This document shows positions 51,884 to 64,000 of a DNA stretch of 64,000 nt, piece after piece. Location: contig CM041465.1 of NCBI GenBank assembly GCA_023213395.1, positions 171,003,741 to 171,067,740 on the forward strand. The letters run 5' to 3'. The first letter of the stretch is position 1; every line of letters starts with the position of its first letter. Source of the stretch: Cycas panzhihuaensis. Its lineage: Eukaryota > Plantae > Cycadophyta. The notes under the pieces were generated by a model that saw only the letters and a program-made list of their open reading frames with translations, made no database searches and was not told where the DNA came from. The position numbers and the translations under genes were made by a program.

Positions 51884-52194
51884 TAAAGAAAAGATGGATC
51901 TAGGGAATAAATCACTTACATATATATAATGGCAATGGAGAATGAAAAGGAGATAAAACAAGATATGAGAGTAAGCTTAGAGATGAAAATGAATAATGAC
52001 TCCCTCCTTGAGATTTCATTTTTTATTATTAAGGGTGAGCATTAGGGTTAGGATTTTCTTGCCTAATGATATGAATATGAAATTACATCTAAATGCACAT
52101 AAAGTGCATTTCATTAAGAGACAAATGCTAATAATATATCCTATGGTTACATAATTAATCTATACAAATGACCTTAATACATTAACCTCTTTTA
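51884..52194 (-). repeat. 3' LTR of Copia B
   Basis: ~39 substitutions in 311 bp versus 59146-59456. Confidence 0.93.
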
Positions 52195-52659
52195 ACTCCC
52201 CCTTTAATAGTGGAAGTTCATTTTAAGAAAATATATTCTATAAGGTCTTCATTTGAGCCTCATTATTACATTGATATTCTAATTGACACTTTTATGGAAA
52301 AACCCTTATGGGAAATAAAAACCCACGACTTTTCTAAGATCTATAGCCCTTTTTATAAATCAAAATGGCTAAGGTGGCTCTTTGATATAGCCTGATATCC
52401 AAGTATCTTAAATATGCAGCTTAATCTAGTAAGTCTTCATATACCGTTTAGTCATTCCTTATGCCCTTTTGGGTTTTCATAGGTTTTGATTTTCTAAAAC
52501 TAGTACAACCCTTATCCTTCCATGCCCACATGGGGTTTCATAAATAGGATAGAGCAGAGACTTACTCTTATTCTTCCATGCCTACAAGGGGTTTTCACAA
52601 AAAGAATAGAGTATGATGATCTTGTTGCCATATTCTTTGATCAGTCGAAGATGGAGGCC

Positions 52660-55600
52660 CTAAGGCTGAACTGCCTTCGAAATTATTCAAACTTCAACTT
52701 TTTCACATGTTTGGTGAAGACATCGGCTACTTGATCTATTGTGGGGTAGTATTTCAGTTGAATTTTGCCATCATGGATAAGTTCTCTAATCCTATAGACT
52801 TTTGTACTTATATGTTTGGTATGATCGTGAAATATAGGATTTTTTACCATGCAGATTACTAATTGATTATCCACATAAAGACTTATAGGACTTGTTTGGG
52901 TGATATTCAATGTTCCCAATAATTTTCTAAGCCATATCACCTCCTTACTAGTCTCAAAAGTAGTAATGTATTCAGCTTCAACAGTTGAATCTACAACTAT
53001 CTTCTATCATCTAGATCTCCATGATATTGGTGCTATTCCAAGAAACATTACATACCCAGACATAGATCTTCCTATATCTTTATCTCCCGCAAAGTCTAAG
53101 TCCGTGTATGCAGAAAGCTTGAAGTCTAAATTAGGTTCATACAATAGACCATATTTACTGGTCATCTTAAGGTATCTCAACACTCGCACTATTGCCTTCC
53201 AATGATTCTGCTTAGGATTTGTCATGTAACGAGTAAGAATGCTGACAAAGTGTGTAATATCTGGCCTTGTATTGGTAGTGTAGATGAGACTGCCTACAAG
53301 TTTTCTATAGAGTATTACGTCTGCCTCCCTAGTGTCACTGTCAGTTGAGAGTTTAGTATTAGAGTCCATAGGTAAAACCATTAGTCGAGTATCTTCTAAA
53401 TAAAATTTAGTTACAAGATCGTTGATATATTTTTCTTGGGAGAGAAAATTTTTTTCATTCTTTTCTATTACTTCAATTCACAAGTAATATTTTATCAAGA
53501 TGAGGTCAGATAATTCAAACATTTTGCCAAGGTCCTTTTTCAACTAGCTTATTGCCTATTCACTATCACTCGTTACTAGAATGTCATCCATAAAGACTAT
53601 GGGATAAGTGACTTTATCCTTATGGTGCTTGATGAACAATGTTGCATCAATATCTTAGTAGTCACAAACCTTGTATCCAAGTTGCCTATTTCTTTTAGAC
53701 AACTTGGAAAACCAAGCACGAGGGGCTTGTTTAAAGCCGTACAAGGATTTTGAGCCTACAAACCTTATGCTCTTAACCCTCGATCTCATATCCTTCTGAC
53801 TGAGCCATGTAAATTTCTTCTTCAAGATCTCTATTAAGAAATACGGTCTTAATATCGAGTTGGTGGATTTTCCAACCTTGTTGAGCAACCAAGGCCACAA
53901 GAGTTCTAATTGTAGGCCACTTGGTTGTAGGTACAAAGACTTTAGTGTAGTAGATGCCTTTCCTTTGTGTAAATCTTTTACCTACCAACCTTGCCTTGTG
54001 TTTTTCAAGGGTGCTATATGATCTATATTTATTTTTTAACACCCATTTATTTTAAACTACTTTTCTGCTAAGTGGTATATCAATGAGCTCCCATATACCA
54101 TTCTTGATAAGAGATTGGTACTCTTCATTCATGGAATTTCTCTAGTCAGATACTTTCTGACTTCTTGGTATGTTAGGGGCTCTTCATTAAGAGTAAGTTG
54201 CAGTTCTGTTAGTTCAAGATCAGTATATAATGATTCCTGTCTCCTTGATCTATGGGCATTTTGAGCACCAGTTTTACCCACCTCATTTGGTCGTATGTCC
54301 TTATTGAGCTAGTGGGCTTCTTAAGATCCTCGAGTTGGGAATGAGGTCCTTATTTCCTTAACTTCTTGGTTCTCATCTTATTTATTGAAATGATCATTTT
54401 ATAAGGAGGATGTTGATGCGCCTGAGGAAGATGGTCCTTCTACCACTGTTTTGACTTTGTCAACTGAAGGTAGAGAGGATGGTTCTTCTATAATGGCTTT
54501 GCCTTTGTCAACTTTGTTATCTTCAAAAGATGGTGCTGGATGTGCACTCATTAGTACATAGTTATAACTTGTATCCTATGAGGCTCTATTGTCAGCTTCT
54601 AATATTTGGAGTAATTTATATCTATCCCCCCCACTAAATTTTAGAATCTAAACATCATACTTGATAACATGATTATAACGATGTGAGGGTACTTTGGAGT
54701 CTAGTTTAAGTAACTGATCCTTTGTCATTGCAAAAATGACATCTCTGGTAACGGTGATTTTTTATTGTGAAGGTATAAAGACCTTATACCCTTTCTTATC
54801 CATAGGGTATACAATAAAGATACCTTTAAGTGCCCTTGGCTGGAGTTTATTTCGATCTACATCTAAAATGTAGGCATGGTATGTAGAGCCAAAAAAATTG
54901 AAGTAGTGAATAATAAGGGCTTGTTCTGACCACTTTTCATTAGGTGTTTGTCCTTCCTTTGATGTACTAATAACATTGATACAATAAACAACTGTCTAGA
55001 TTGCTTTGGCCCATAGATAGGTAGGTACATTTTTATATACCAACATAGCCCAAGCCATGTTCATGATTGTCCTATTCATGTACTTAGCAACTCCATTTTA
55101 TTGTGGGGTACTTAGTATTGTGGTTTGATACTTGATGCCATTATCTCGAAGATAGCTTTCAAACTCATGTGAGATATATTCACCACCATTATCAGTTCAA
55201 AGATATTTGAGTTGATAACCTGACTCTTTTTTAGTACATGCTTTGAATTCTTTGAATACACAAAAGGCTTCATCTTTCTTGTGTAAAAAAGCTACCCATA
55301 CTTTTCTAGTGAAATTATCAATGAAAGAGATGTAATATAATTTACTCTTTAGTGAAGAAATGGGCATTGGTTTGCATAAATTAGAGTGTACCAATTGTAA
55401 TGGATGGCTCAATTTGCACTAACTTTTGGGAAATAGTTGTCGATGAGATTTAGTAATGATACAAGCTTCATATTTAAACATGAGCATGTAGCTTCGGTGG
55501 GCATAGCTTGTAGCTTCATATCTAAGTCTATCAATGTGAATATGGCCCATGCGAGCATGCCAAAGAGCTTCTAGTAATAATGTTGGGTGGGTCAAGATGG

Positions 55601-57215
55601 AATTAAATGTAAATTCTTCATCGGCACAAGGGCTTTGGGCACAATGGGCTTCAGAAGATGGAGATTCATTTAGTCAAAAGAGTTTGCCAAAGAGATATCT
55701 AGTCAAGATAACTTGATTAGTTAGAGGGTGAATGACTTGGAGAGTCTGGTCATTTGTGGTTATACTCATATCAAATCCACGAGAGATAAGTGTGGATAAG
55801 GAGAGTAGGTTTTGTTTGAGATTGGGTATGTATAAGATATTAAGCAATGTGAAATCTTTTAAACCTGGGAGTTTTAGGCGAATATTACCAATTCCTTCAA
55901 TAGGTTGTTATGATTTATCAACTATGTGAACAACTCCTTGAATATTTGAGTCAAATGTTTGAGATAGACTATGATTGCATATCATATGTTGAGTTGCTCT
56001 TGTATCTATGATCCATTTTCATTCGATTGAAGCCACACTATTTGCAATTCCAATAGGGCTTAACATTGGTGAAGGGAATTCACAAGTGATATATCTATAT
56101 CGAGCTTCAAAGTATCTCTTTAGTTGGTCAGTGGAATTTGATGCTGAAGATCCCTCAATTCTTTGAAAGTGTACTTGTGCAAAACCTGTACCACTAAAAG
56201 ATTCTTCATAAGTTTCTTCAACATTGTGAGCTCCATGTTTTGGTTGGAACTTGGCCAACTTGTAAGTGGCAGTTCTGGAGTCTTTTGCTAAGTGTCATTT
56301 ACAGTTACACTAATCATATATAATAGTTTGATTACCAATCCCTGAAAAAGTACTGGTTTGGCTTGATTGTCTTACTCTTTGTTGAGGTGGCCCTTGGCCT
56401 TGAGACTATCGAGGCTATGAATGAGGGTTTAGTTGATCTTGTGGATGATTTTCCATGTTTCTTTCTCTTCCTCTTACTCAATTATTTCCTCTACCATGAG
56501 AGGGACCTTGATGTTTTGTATAACAAACTTTTTCTTTTACTTAAAAGGCTGCATCTAGAAGAGGGTCAGAAGCTACAAAATTTGTATCAAAGCTCTTATC
56601 AAATTTTATAAACTTATCAGCAAGTGCTTCGAAGTTGAGTGTCTTTAATGTTTCACTAGATTGAAGACTTCCAAGCAAGTTTTTATAATCAGGGACATGT
56701 AGACATGACTGGATCAAGAATGTCTAGGTGATACATTGGATCTTAAAATCTTTATCAATTACCCATTTGATTAGTCAAAGGAGATTTATTAACTCATGAG
56801 CTTGTCCCTTCTACATTTTTAATTTGTTCATTTTTAGAACAAAATGAATAAATTCTAAATCTCACTTAGCATCAAAGTTCTTCTTGAGAACCTCAAGGAC
56901 TTTCTAGGCTGCATCATGTTGCGCTTCACTAATCAAGTTCTACAAGGAATGATCAGTAATCAATAGAATTCCTACACAAATCTTTCCATCATCTATCTCC
57001 CATTGTAGTTTGGCTGCAACATCTGTAGGAGTTGTTGGTGTAGATCCACTAGAAGTAGGTGTTGTAGTTGTTATTGGTATGTTAAGTGTAGGCTGTAAGT
57101 GGGCTCACTAAAGGCCTTCATAATTTACAGTACTTTCAACTCTAGTGTACCATAGATCCTAATTTCCTTTGTCTTTTAATTTACAGTTAACATTCTACTT
57201 GAATTGAGATGACAT
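52660..57215 (-). pseudogene. Copia B gag-pol (many stops and frameshifts)
   Basis: LVHSNLCKP, KHKARLV, YGFKQAPRAW, YTDLDFAGD and QVADVFTK motifs; ATG at 57215. Confidence 0.92.
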
Positions 57216-59145
57216 GGTGATGATAAAGAAGTAGAAGAGATGATAGAAGTATGTGCCACTAACATGCATGGCTAGTATACTTGGCATAGCAGGGATGCAG
57301 AAATAAATACTATGATGAGAAGCAAGCAATGATTAAGTATTTTTCAACAACAATGAGTATAAGCAATAATACAAGAATATGACCTAATATAGAGCTGACA
57401 AAGAGTGGTGATGTGTCATGCCACTAACCTCTAACTTATGTCCAAATGTAAGTGAGATTTTGATGCCTAAGGCTTCTAGTATATGATTAGGGCCTTCACT
57501 TGCGATATCTGCATCTGCACTTAATGATGAAATCCAAGTCACAGTGGAGCCCAGGTACTCCTAGTCCTCACCCAGTTTACGAGTGAGCAGCTATATACCT
57601 CCTATAAAGAGTCAAATAGTATATATATATCCCATGACTATGATGGATATTAGACCAGATTAATTTTAATTTTACATTAAGGTTTTTAATTTTCTCAAGT
57701 AGTTATTAGGATTATCCCTGATTGGAGGTCGTAGGTATGGATAACCTATCCCTCCACCGCTATTTTGGTTAAGACCAGATCCAGTATGAAACTCACACCT
57801 CCCTTAGGGCCTGGACTTCGACCAATCGTGGTCTATTTCAACCAAGTCGAGTGTGCGCACTAATCAAGAACTGGCAGTATAGATCGTATAGATGAGATTC
57901 CTTTTAAGAATAATATAATATGTTTCTGAATAACTGAATAACTAGAATGGAAAGTTGCCAAATGTGATTGCTTTATTGTTGCTGCTGCTTTTGTGATGCT
58001 TTATGCTATGTATGCAAATAAAAAAAGTATGCTAGATTTAGCAGGGGAACCAGATGTTGCTTCCGATCCAAGGTTTCCCTTGCTTTAGTACAATGTTTCT
58101 AAATATGTTTTTAGAAATTTTAATACAAAAGCCACAATGGGCTAAAAAAAAAAAAAGCAGATTAACTTGCCGCTAAAATATTAATTTTTCTAAACCTAGA
58201 TGCATGCTATTTTGTGATTTTTTTACAAAATTTATAAATAATGATAAATGGGCAAATTTTTCTAAAAATTACAAATATGAATGCGTAAAAGATGAAATCT
58301 AAATTTATGGTAGAAGGAAAAAGTGTTCATAATATTATTTCTGATAGAGTAATGAAGTCAGATTTCTGAAAAGGCATAAAAAAAAAAAATATACCCCAAA
58401 AAAACATAAAAGTATAATCCTACTAGATCTACTATCTTAGAATCTAAATTTTAATATGTCAAAAGTTATATTTTGATACATACATCAACTTTTCCTTCTA
58501 CACCATCTCTAAAATCAACTAAATAATTACCCAAAATGCCCTCACAATGTCCTTTATAGGGTTGAATAAGAAAATTTAGCATCCGTGAGAAATCTGCATA
58601 GATTTCACTAACCAGTGGATGAAATTTAATAAGATTTAACTTAAAATAATTCTAAGACATAAATCTACCAGATCCATAAATAAAACTTTTAGATTTTTAG
58701 CTTATAATTAAAGGATTTCATTAGAAAAAGTGCCTTAAGTCACTTATCCACAAAATTTACCCTTTTATCTTAACTAAAAATCATTGTTTTAGGCTGAATA
58801 TAAAGCTACTCTAGAAGACAAAAATGATCCTCTAGTCAAGGTAACCTTGCATGCCAAATTTCATAAAAATATGATATGGTCAAAATTTTCATGAAATTTT
58901 AGACCTTTAATGCTTCTGGAACTGTTCTGGTAGTTGAACAGCTTCAAAAACCTATATTCTTGACTTCTAAAATTTTCACATATATAGAAAACAACAACAT
59001 ATAAAGTACTATAATTTTAAGCTCTTAAAATGTTAAAAATGATGAATGCACTCTCAATACTTCACATTGAAGGTGAAGGAGAGGTAAAATGACTCTATGC
59101 AAATGGAATGAAGTGAATAGATCCCCTTCTAGCTCTGATACCATA

Positions 59146-59456
59146 TGAAGGAAGGATGGACCTAGGAAATAAATCACTCACATGCACACAATGACAATGG
59201 AAAATGAAAAAGAGATGAAACAAGATATGAGAGCAAGCTTGGAGGTGAGAATGAATAATGACTTCCTCCTTGAGAGTTCATCTTTTATTATTGAGGGTGA
59301 GCATTAGGATTAGGATTTTCCCGCCTAATGAAATAAACTCAAAATTATATCTAAATGCACATAAAGTGCATTTCATTAAGAAACTAATGCTAATAATATA
59401 TCCTAAGGTCACATACTTAATCTATACAAATGACATTGATACATTAACCTCTTTTA
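59146..59456 (-). repeat. 5' LTR of Copia B
   Basis: Adjacent to the PBS; the terminal TG has mutated to TA. Confidence 0.93.
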
Positions 59457-61356
59457 CAAACCTAGCTTAATTTTTGTCACAAATACCTATCTTATACCTA
59501 TTAATATGTCGCTCATCATACAATATAAGCCTACTACTTATTTCTTATTTCTTTGATGAGATATCAACTTCATTATAGTAATGAATCTTTATTATGAGAC
59601 ACTCACAAATGCCTCTAGAATGGTTCGAATATGACAATGATTCCGCAAATAGAACTCTTATAATTGCTTTCACAAATGAACTGATAAACTATCTTGTCAT
59701 TACTAGCTATGAGATTAGGTGAGATGGTTGGACTCATAAAATCTCAATCACCTTGTAGGGGGGCAACTAATAATAGTTTCTTATCTCCTCACATCATTGG
59801 AAGACTCAATTTCATACCTACATATTCTTAAGAATATACATGCAATATGCTAAAATGAATATCCATAATAATTAAATAACATCACCTATTAGTTTTCTTT
59901 ATTTCATCTCATGGCTTCATCTCTATATGTAGTTTCATTCATTTATTTCTTCAACCTCTTCTAGCCCTTGGATCATGGTCACATATCGCTAGCATTACTA
60001 ACATATTTAGACATTTTGCTCAATAAATTCACACCTCATATCTAGCTCTTGTATTAACTCTATCACTGGCATATACTATCTTATATAAGCTTTCTCCCCA
60101 CTATAAGAGACCTTTTAATTTACTATGACTCTAATAGGATTGCAACCTATGTTTATAATATCTTTCAAATTAAGATGGCTCAGACATCATATTAGAATTT
60201 ATAATTCTAACTCTAATACCATATTAAAATTTAGAGTATAATGCAATGGAATATATTATATATATACAATGGCTAAATTATCACATCAGGATATGCATGC
60301 ATATAAACAATAAACATGAATATAAAGCACTAAAATAGAAATATGTATTAATAAGAATTACGAGCATTCATCTCAATAGAGATAAACAAATTTATACATG
60401 AAAAACTCAATGTGGAAAAAATCGTTGGAGAAAGTAGAGTTAGAGTTCCTCTTTATGATCAGAATAAATACATCTCTAGGTCATAGACCTTTTATTCAAG
60501 TTTTCAAGCGGTATGCATATATATTTATATCAATATTTACCCCACAAGTAGCTTATAGTTTCTCTTGAGTTGTTATATAATCTAATAACATATTTACATA
60601 GATATATATGCATGTCACATATCTCAATGTATATGATTAGTGAGATTATATATGTGTCTATTATTATAATATTAAATGTTACATATATGATAATATTATA
60701 TATTTTAATAACCATACCAAGTTCAAGTTATAAATCTTTTCATTTCATCTTCCTTTCATACAATAATTGTAGGATTTTTACGTAAACCTAGGATGATCTG
60801 AAACTACATCAATCAAATCACTTCATTGGTAGATCACATAGCATTGTCACATAAGCTTGCTCAAAACCAAACTACAAAAATTCATGTAGTAACCATGCAC
60901 CAAATTGAGGGCCACTTGTTTGGCACATAACTGCTAATACTTCTTTAAATTTTAGTCACAACTTAAACTAGGTTCTACAACCTTCAAGAAAACCATAAGC
61001 ATGAAATTAGGTTTCTCTTGTTTATTGAAACACCTATAAAAAAAAGTACAATTATTATATTTATAAGATACTACTATTCATAATTTTGTATTTCATTTTT
61101 ATCCATAATATATAATAAATGCAAACCAAAAAATCTAACAATTAATATTATAGGCAAAAGGATAAGCATGCAATTTCATACAAACATAAATAATATAGCA
61201 TCTAACTTTATCACCTTTTAAATATAAAATAATATAACTAGTACTATATAAGATAAGAATATATATTTCCTTATATCTAAATGGTGATAAATCTAATATT
61301 CTCTATGATTGGATAAACCTATAATACTTATCTTAGTGAGTTTACACTTGTTCTCA

Positions 61357-61760
61357 CTCCAATACCATGTCAGAAAATTTGGTTTGATATCATATGAGAT
61401 AAATATTAAACATACAAGAGAAGGATAAAATACAAAATATTGTATTCAGATAATATAATGATTTAGCAATTATATTCAATATGAGAATGTACACATATAT
61501 GGAGAGGTGTACCTCATAGAGGACCCGTGAGAATTAGTGATAAGTACATGAAGATTTGTGAGATTTAATCATACATATTAAGAATTCTTATATACTAAAA
61601 GTATTCAACTATTCACTCACTCACAAGAATATTTATGTGCACTTATATTTGAGCTTATGTATAATAATTTAGAGTGCATTATAGTACATCACCACATGAT
61701 TAAAACATCACTAAGTAGTTGTAATGATCACTCATATAATCCATGTATTAAATATTATCT
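61357..61760 (-). repeat. Dispersed repeat copy 3: LTR end followed by a degenerate PBS
   Basis: The minus strand reads ...GACA-TGGTATtgGAG; homologous to 16440-16810 and 37970-38320. Confidence 0.6.
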
Positions 61761-62271
61761 TCGATAATGATGTAATTATGGAAGGAGATTACTTTGATAA
61801 TGACCTTTTATTAGATACTTACAAGTACCATGTAAAATCATGCTTATACAAATTAAAGGGCATGAAATTTGATAACTTATTATCATACCATAAAATAATT
61901 TAAGCATTTATATAAAGATTTTTTAATTAGTAATGGACTATATTAGGAACTTTTAACCTCATCTCTACCAACATATCACTCTTATTTATTGAAACCATGG
62001 TAAGCAATGTAATAATTATGATATACTAAAACATATATATCTTAATTAATTAGATAATATACTTTTTTGCATATTTGCAAGTAGTTTAGAAGATGAATTC
62101 ATGTTTGACATTATGTAGCATAGCAAATAGAATTCTTTTTGAACAAAAGGCATACAAGATAAATACTTAAGGTAATTAAGTACAAAATTAAACAATAGAA
62201 AAGAATTATATAGGTCTTATGAGTTCCTCCTTATGTATCAAGTCCCCTAATGTTGTTTATCTATTTCGGAA

Positions 62272-62274
<3 letters not shown>

Positions 62275-62310
<36 letters not shown>

Positions 62311-62346
62311 CATACATATATGTATGTATACACACACACATACACA
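62275..62346. repeat. (TG)n/(CA)n microsatellite
   Basis: Seen directly in the sequence. Confidence 0.9.
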
Positions 62347-62353
62347 TAAATAT

Positions 62354-62794
62354 TGTTAGAAATATTATGCATCCTAATGTTATCTTTTACAACTATTGAA
62401 TACTGAATGTGTTTAATTAAAAGTTAAAAGGTCATTACAAAGGTTCAGTGAAATGGACAACCATCCATTTCGACGAACCTTTCTCCTATAATTATTTTAG
62501 AATCTTTTAAGTATGGTTGGCTTGGACGATTTAAAAGGTTGGCTAGTATGGTTATGTAGGTAGAAGAGACTCACTAAAACTATAGAGAGATAATGAGATC
62601 CTCATTACCATTATTCTTTCATATATCTTCTTTATTATTATTATAAAATTATTATATTTAGAGGTGTTTTTTTCTCCCCTAAAGGGGTTTTCCACTTGCC
62701 ATATTTAGTATATCTCATTTGATTGGATTACTATTAATATTATATGATTATGCATGTGTTTATGAATTGATACCCTTTGTCCAACATGGTATCA
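62354..62794 (+). mobile_element. Probable Copia-type LTR (TGTTAG...CCAACA) with partial PBS TGGTATCA
   Basis: TG...CA termini, an internal ggggttttccac motif, and a PBS core directly after the CA. Confidence 0.6.
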
Positions 62795-63140
62795 TGGTAG
62801 GTTTCTAAAATATATTTTTTGAAGCAAGATTTTAAAGCAAGTAATTGGACCTAGATTAAGAATTTGTTCAAAGGATTAAAATAAGGTTGTTTCTAACATA
62901 AACATTCAGATTCTCATAGTGAAGGAAGATATGAAAATAGTCTATGAGAGTCATCAATGTAGAGATAGTATGGTTTGGCATCATCTTCCATGAGCCTTGG
63001 TACGATGTTAAGTTGCCCAACATAGAACTCTCCACATAGTAACACATGAATGCACATTTGTATACAGTTACTCGTGGTCTTAGGTAAATTGTATGAATTC
63101 AAACTTATTTCTCTATCTATAAATGTGCAATTGCTCCTCA

Positions 63141-63770
<630 letters not shown>

Positions 63771-64000
63771 AAAGACCAAAGATGAAGTTGTATAAAAGAT
63801 GTTTCTTCTAGCAAACACCAGATATGCAAATAAAGACACTAAGATGCTCTACTAAATACATGACAAAGAAAAGCTCTGTTAACATGTAGAAGACGTGAAG
63901 ATGCCATGTCATCTAGTTGCTACTAAAGAAAATAAAAAAGGCTCAAACAAGAGCTAGCCATTATAGCTAGTATTCTAATTTCGTGGCCATCTCCACTATA

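Larger units (their letters stand above)
51884..59456 (-). mobile_element. Full-length Ty1/Copia LTR retrotransposon B (7573 bp), same family as A, inverted
   Basis: LTRs 51884-52194 and 59146-59456, TSD CAAAC (51879-51883, 59457-59461), PBS 59132-59143, PPT ~52196-52205; collinear with A. Confidence 0.96.
48334..60710 (-). mobile_element. Older Copia-type element C delimited by ~480-bp LTRs (48334-48805 and 60222-60710); hosts Copia B and an HSP70 fragment
   Basis: The two LTRs are clearly homologous (~80%). PBS at ~60210-60221 and PPT (aagagggaa) at 48806-48814 are in the expected orientation. Internal region is eroded and no TSD can be tested. Confidence 0.6.

Overview
AT-rich plant nuclear DNA. 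A large-genome seed plant, possibly a gymnosperm, is an inference and was not tested. The window holds two copies of a segmental duplication (1-~4195 and ~32597-37878). Each copy carries a pseudogene of a non-RD LRR receptor-like kinase (LRR-XII, EFR/FLS2/XA21-type) behind a promoter rich in W-boxes. The two copies have non-overlapping lesions, so an intact ancestral receptor can be reconstructed from them. Most of the rest is layered retrotransposon DNA. A 5'-truncated L1 LINE with RNase H (8224-13755, -) sits inside an old Copia gag. Two full-length but mutated ~7.57 kb Copia elements of one family lie tail-to-tail (38808-46378 +, TSD TAAAT; 51884-59456 -, TSD CAAAC). There are several eroded Gypsy and Copia relics, two PPT-LTR-PBS junctions suggesting tandem elements that share an LTR, and long (TA)n arrays. 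A degenerate cytosolic HSP70 C-terminal fragment (~50742-51030, -), absent from the ORF track, lies between the LTRs of an older Copia element. No intact protein-coding gene, RNA gene or CRISPR array is supported. All alignments and counts were made by eye.
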